From Lingula anatina (taxonomy: Eukaryota > Animalia > Brachiopoda): a DNA stretch of 64,000 nt. Location: contig CM120642.1 in NCBI GenBank assembly GCA_051362555.1, positions 1,054,001-1,118,000 of the forward strand, read 5' to 3'. The notes below the pieces were generated by a model. That model saw only the letters and a list, made by a program, of their open reading frames with translations, made no database searches and was not told the DNA's origin. The translations under genes were made by a program, and so were the position numbers. Below, piece by piece: positions 59,901 to 64,000 of this stretch (the stretch's first letter is position 1; the number at the start of each line of letters is the position of its first letter).

Positions 59901-60896
59901 AAGTAGCCTTAATCCACCTCAAGCCAATTACTGAGATATTTGAAATAAGCATTCTAGACATTTTCCAGGACATAAGACATCATGCTCATTTCATCAATTG
60001 TTGCAGATTTTCAGTAAAACTAAACTAGATCGATTGGAGAATATGGGATCTTGCTGCGAGCGACAGTAAAGAAGGTTTAAAATTTATAATTATTCTTTTT
60101 TAAGTTTTTTAAGTTGCTAAGTCCACCTGGACAATCAATTCTTCCGCTCGCTTACTTTCAATAAAATTTTTTAAAAATGTTAAATGGACCTAAATATTGA
60201 GAATGAGTGTTTGGCGGAAAGAGGTAAGAAAACTCAATAACATAATGCGCTTGTCTGCTGGAACTTTGGAAGATGGAAGTGTTTTTTTATTTTTTTTAGT
60301 TTTTTACCAGTTGGCTTTCCAGAATAATATCTCTTTGGTTTGTGCATACTTAAAAGTGAGACAACGAAAAATTATGCAAGTTTATTACATCAAAATGCAC
60401 CATAACAATACATGTATATTTCTTTTTAAACTTGGACATTTTTTCGCAAAGGTGGTGTTTGTATGTGCACCTTTTTAATGTAAAGTGACAAAAAACAGCA
60501 AGTTCAAATATATATATATATAGCACCTTAAACAAAGCACGTGGCAAAAAATAATACTTTATGGCTTGTAATTGATTGTAGCTCCACTCTCGGCTACTTT
60601 CCTTCGGGCAATACCAGTGGCTACCTAGCCTCCAAAGTCAAGTAGCAAAGCTGCGCTAAATCAAATAATCCCAACCCCGATTCTAAAGAGACATTCACAT
60701 TAAACTGTAACAGTCACACATAACTCTAATATTGTCACAAGAAAAACATTATAAACAGCTTAAGCGGCCTTAGTTAGACGCCAAAGTGTATAAACTGACT
60801 GACGTAAACTATGGAACACACAATGTTAACTCAGATGACGGGTTAAAAAAAGGACGATTGGGATTATTTGTAAAAAAATGCAAAATGCAATATAAT

Positions 60897-61196
60897 TTAG
60901 TCTTCAACAGAACTGTCACGAATTGTCACTATGTCCACTTTCTTGGAGCGTTTATGTGAGCTCTTTTTCTTTTTGGAGGAAGAGTCATCGATGAGTGTAA
61001 TGGATGTATTGGTTGGAGATTGTCTTGCTTCGGAGTGCCAGCTAGTGGTATGTGTAGGGCTCTCAGCAGACGATCCCACCGGCAACTGATATGTGTTTGT
61101 ATCTTGCTCTATGCTGATGGCTTTCACTGCATTTTTGTCTGCTTTGGTAAATTTCTTTTTGATAAATCGGACGAATTTACCGGTATCTCTTCTGAA
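60897..61196 (-). CDS. Third gene (unknown), terminal exon (FRRDTGKFVRFIKKKFTK...SSSKKKKSSHKRSKKVDIVTIRDSSVED*)
   Basis: Acceptor gctctatttcag, 300 nt open in phase 0 to TAA; Ser/Lys-rich with a basic NLS-like cluster. Confidence 0.7.
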   Translation of the reverse strand, partial: FRRDTGKFVRFIKKKFTKADKNAVKAISIEQDTNTYQLPVGSSAESPTHTTSWHSEARQSPTNTSITLIDDSSSKKKKSSHKRSKKVDIVTIRDSSVED

Positions 61197-61406
61197 CTGA
61201 AATAGAGCAATATATAAACTTAATGCAAAGACGCTCTTTATTAAAAAAATTAAAGATTTTTTTCTGGATCCTTCAGTTATAAGCCCTATATTACACGGCA
61301 GATGTCACATATAACAGGTCTATATTAAACTTATCACAATCACTGTCTTTTTTATACTATTCCAAACAAAGAAGACTTTCAAAAATGAACGTTTTGTTCC
61401 GCATAC

Positions 61407-61499
61407 CTCTTTTGCTAGTCCTTTTGATGATTCTTTAAAACTTCGGGTCGCTGGTGTTGGTTCAGACAAAACTGAGGAGCCGTCCCCAGAGTCCATGGT
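61407..61499 (-). CDS. Third gene (unknown), penultimate exon (TMDSGDGSSVLSEPTPATRSFKESSKGLAKE)
   Basis: Acceptor tttgttttttccag, accATGG at 61496, donor GAG|gtatgc, phase 0. Confidence 0.7.
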
Positions 61500-64000
61500 C
61501 TGGAAAAAACAAATAGCCATAAACAGTACAGGTAAGCGGAAAGCCATGGCTCAAACCTGGAATTGTATCATAAATAGTTATTTTATAAATGGTTAGTATT
61601 GTAGTAGGCCTACACAATAAACATAAAAATTGCATTGAAGCATATACCTTACCAAAAAGTGCAACCAATGAGAACATATGTGGGTTCTTTTATGACAACT
61701 CATCTATAGCATTTTTCAGAAGACGGACGGGAAGAGATTTTTTTTATTTGTTTATTTATTTTTTAATTTATTGCCAAGAATTGTATTATTCATTGCTCTT
61801 TTCAGAGTTTCTGTGTCAAATAAGAAAGTTACAGCGGACGTCTTCTTTTGGTCCATCATTGTTTGTTGCTGTCAACAAACGCGACATGGTGAATAGGCCT
61901 ACACTTGGAATGGTTTATGTGTGTGTGTAAGTTCCAAATTTGCTCCCGAATAAGATTTTATTTAATCGACTGTAACCTAATAGAGGACCACAAGCGTGCT
62001 GGCAACTTGAGCCGTGAGCCGCAAACAGACTTAGGCCCTATCTATTTCCAATGCCATTTTTTATCACGAAGTTCAGCGGTTGGGGTATGTTCTTGAATAG
62101 GGCTGTTGTATAAAATGATTAGATTTCAGATCCCCTAGGTCGTATTTATTTAATCAAGCGTATGGTTTGCCCTTGAATTTCCAGCTTATAATGCTTGCTC
62201 ATGAGCAGAGATAACAGGAAAGGTTTATGCAGTCATCTTGTAGGCGGTGCACAGGTAATCTTGCTTGGATCTCTTTTTCCAGCCAAAATATTTCCCCGAT
62301 TCAACACCCACAATTAAATAATTATTTAAAGGTGTTCAGATAATCCTAATATTTCTCCTAGGTGACTTTTGGGAGGGGGGGGGGGGGGGGGGGGGGAGAG
62401 GGAGGGGGGGGCAGGCTTAATCACAAAGTCAATTAATCCGCTCCGCGTGCATTACAATCCTAGCGTACTACAGAGCGTTTCTCGGAGGAGGTCTTCTGAC
62501 TAATTAACTGCTGATTAGTTCCATAGCTTATGCTAGTCTAAATAACCAGCGTGACGTACAACCTTGTGCAATGTTGTCTAATTGCAATCGATATTGTTTC
62601 CAGCGAGCCGCAATCTTTTCGCTGTCGTTTCTTAGATTCGATGACGTAAATATTTGCCGTGTCGTCGTAGTCAGTTTTTATTAAATCGATGACAACTTGT
62701 GACATACAGTTACAAAGCACAAGAACTTAATTAACGTCGGGATGGGGTGGAAGTTGCAATCAGAGCATAAGAAATATCACTCCCGTTTAGTGGATTGAAC
62801 AAGGAGTTGACAGTTTCGAAAGTGAAGTTAGATTATGTCCTCTCATGGTAAACACTTCATCAGAGCTGAACAGCTTACTGGTAGATAGATAAGTGACACT
62901 TGTATCATAAATACATAAAGATACGGAGATGAATGAAGGTCTTATTCAAAAGACTGGGGTTACTGTATGAGTAATTCGAGTGGAACAGGTGTCTGTACAT
63001 GGTGATCTGTTAAGTCTTTTCTCATCCTATGTAGAGAATTATGAAAAAATGCACACTTCTAGAAAATAATTTTGTGAATTTGTTTCAGATAAAAACAATA
63101 ATCATCTGACTTCGGATAATCCTCTTACCCTTATATTCAGGACGCCGAGGGAAAAACAATTTCGGATTAAGTTTCAATTTCATTTACTGTTTACCTGCTG
63201 TGCCCCACCTACATGTAGCTACTGGTGAGCCATGTCTTTAACCCAGAAGACAATAGAATGTCAAATGCACCTAAATACGGACAGTCCCTCCAACCCCTTA
63301 TTTTCGGGACTCCGAAATATAGCCTCTTTGAATAGGTATTGCTATCCCTCATGTTACAATAAGTGATCGATAGTTTCAACTAACAAGACAATAAAATGTG
63401 ACATTGACGATGACGTTCCTTTTGTTAAGTAACAGGATACTTTTTCAAGTGTGACACAGGTGCGAGGACACGCGCAAAATATCTGTACGACAAACGCCAT
63501 CGCCTAATTTCAAAGAATATTGAGTTACACAATTAAATGATATGATTTTTAAGGTAAAATATTTACTATTTTACTCGATGGAAATGTGGAGAATTCTGAG
63601 GACAGCAGTGAGGACAGAGCTTTGTATCTTCTCATGTGTCAGGTTCACAATATTAAAACAGCTGTCAGATTGAACAAACTCCCCTTAAAAACAGGTTACC
63701 TGGTAATAGAGGTAAGTTCCATAGAATGACTTGTGAATAGTTCACCTCAATCCAACGGGTGGAGCTTCCCTATATAGTCTAAGGTAAAAAGAGCGTCAAG
63801 TCCTTATTTTTAGAATACTGAGGAAATCTAACTGACAGACGTGGGTGATAAGTTTATATAATACATGTCGCGATTGACACCAGGACCTGTTTTACAATAT
63901 AACTTTAGTCCTAAAATTGGTCTTAACTTTCAGGTCAAAATATTAGGCAAATATAATCCAGCAGACGAATTAGAATAAAAACAAAACAATACAGAGATGG

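Noticed and set aside
59580-60530. Kolobok-like element
   Set aside because: The composition is transposon-like, but matching TIRs with TTAA on both sides could not be identified.
62800-62870. Hammerhead-ribozyme-like CTGATGAAG...CGAAAC on the minus strand
   Set aside because: Stem I and stem III complementarity could not be built and the stem II closing pair is not canonical.

Overview
Eukaryotic, AT-rich, intron-rich animal genomic DNA. A lophotrochozoan or mollusc-like origin is inferred from the SLC6 subtype, HINE and MITE content and frequent TACATGTA motifs; it is not proven. Almost all entries in the supplied ORF track are spurious, and the real genes are spliced and all on the minus strand. 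(1) A 15-coding-exon SLC6 Na+/Cl- dependent transporter of the GABA/taurine/creatine group (43340-52040, about 645 aa), reconstructed with consistent intron phases. (2) A gene of unknown function (7963-37849, about 355 aa, disordered N-terminal part and a C-terminal CxxC..CxxC motif). It has a CpG-rich promoter and, in this model, its frame depends on a predicted 22-nt microexon. Skipping that microexon gives a 44-aa ORF whose TGA overlaps an in-frame ATG (TGATG). (3) The last two exons of a small Ser/Lys-rich orphan gene (60897-61499). The introns of gene 2 are CpG-depleted and carry many non-autonomous DNA transposons: a 3.27-kb TA-flanked composite TIR element, several MITEs and Helentron-type HINEs. 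No prokaryotic system, CRISPR array, tRNA or rRNA was found. All gene models were built by eye from splice signals and frame arithmetic.
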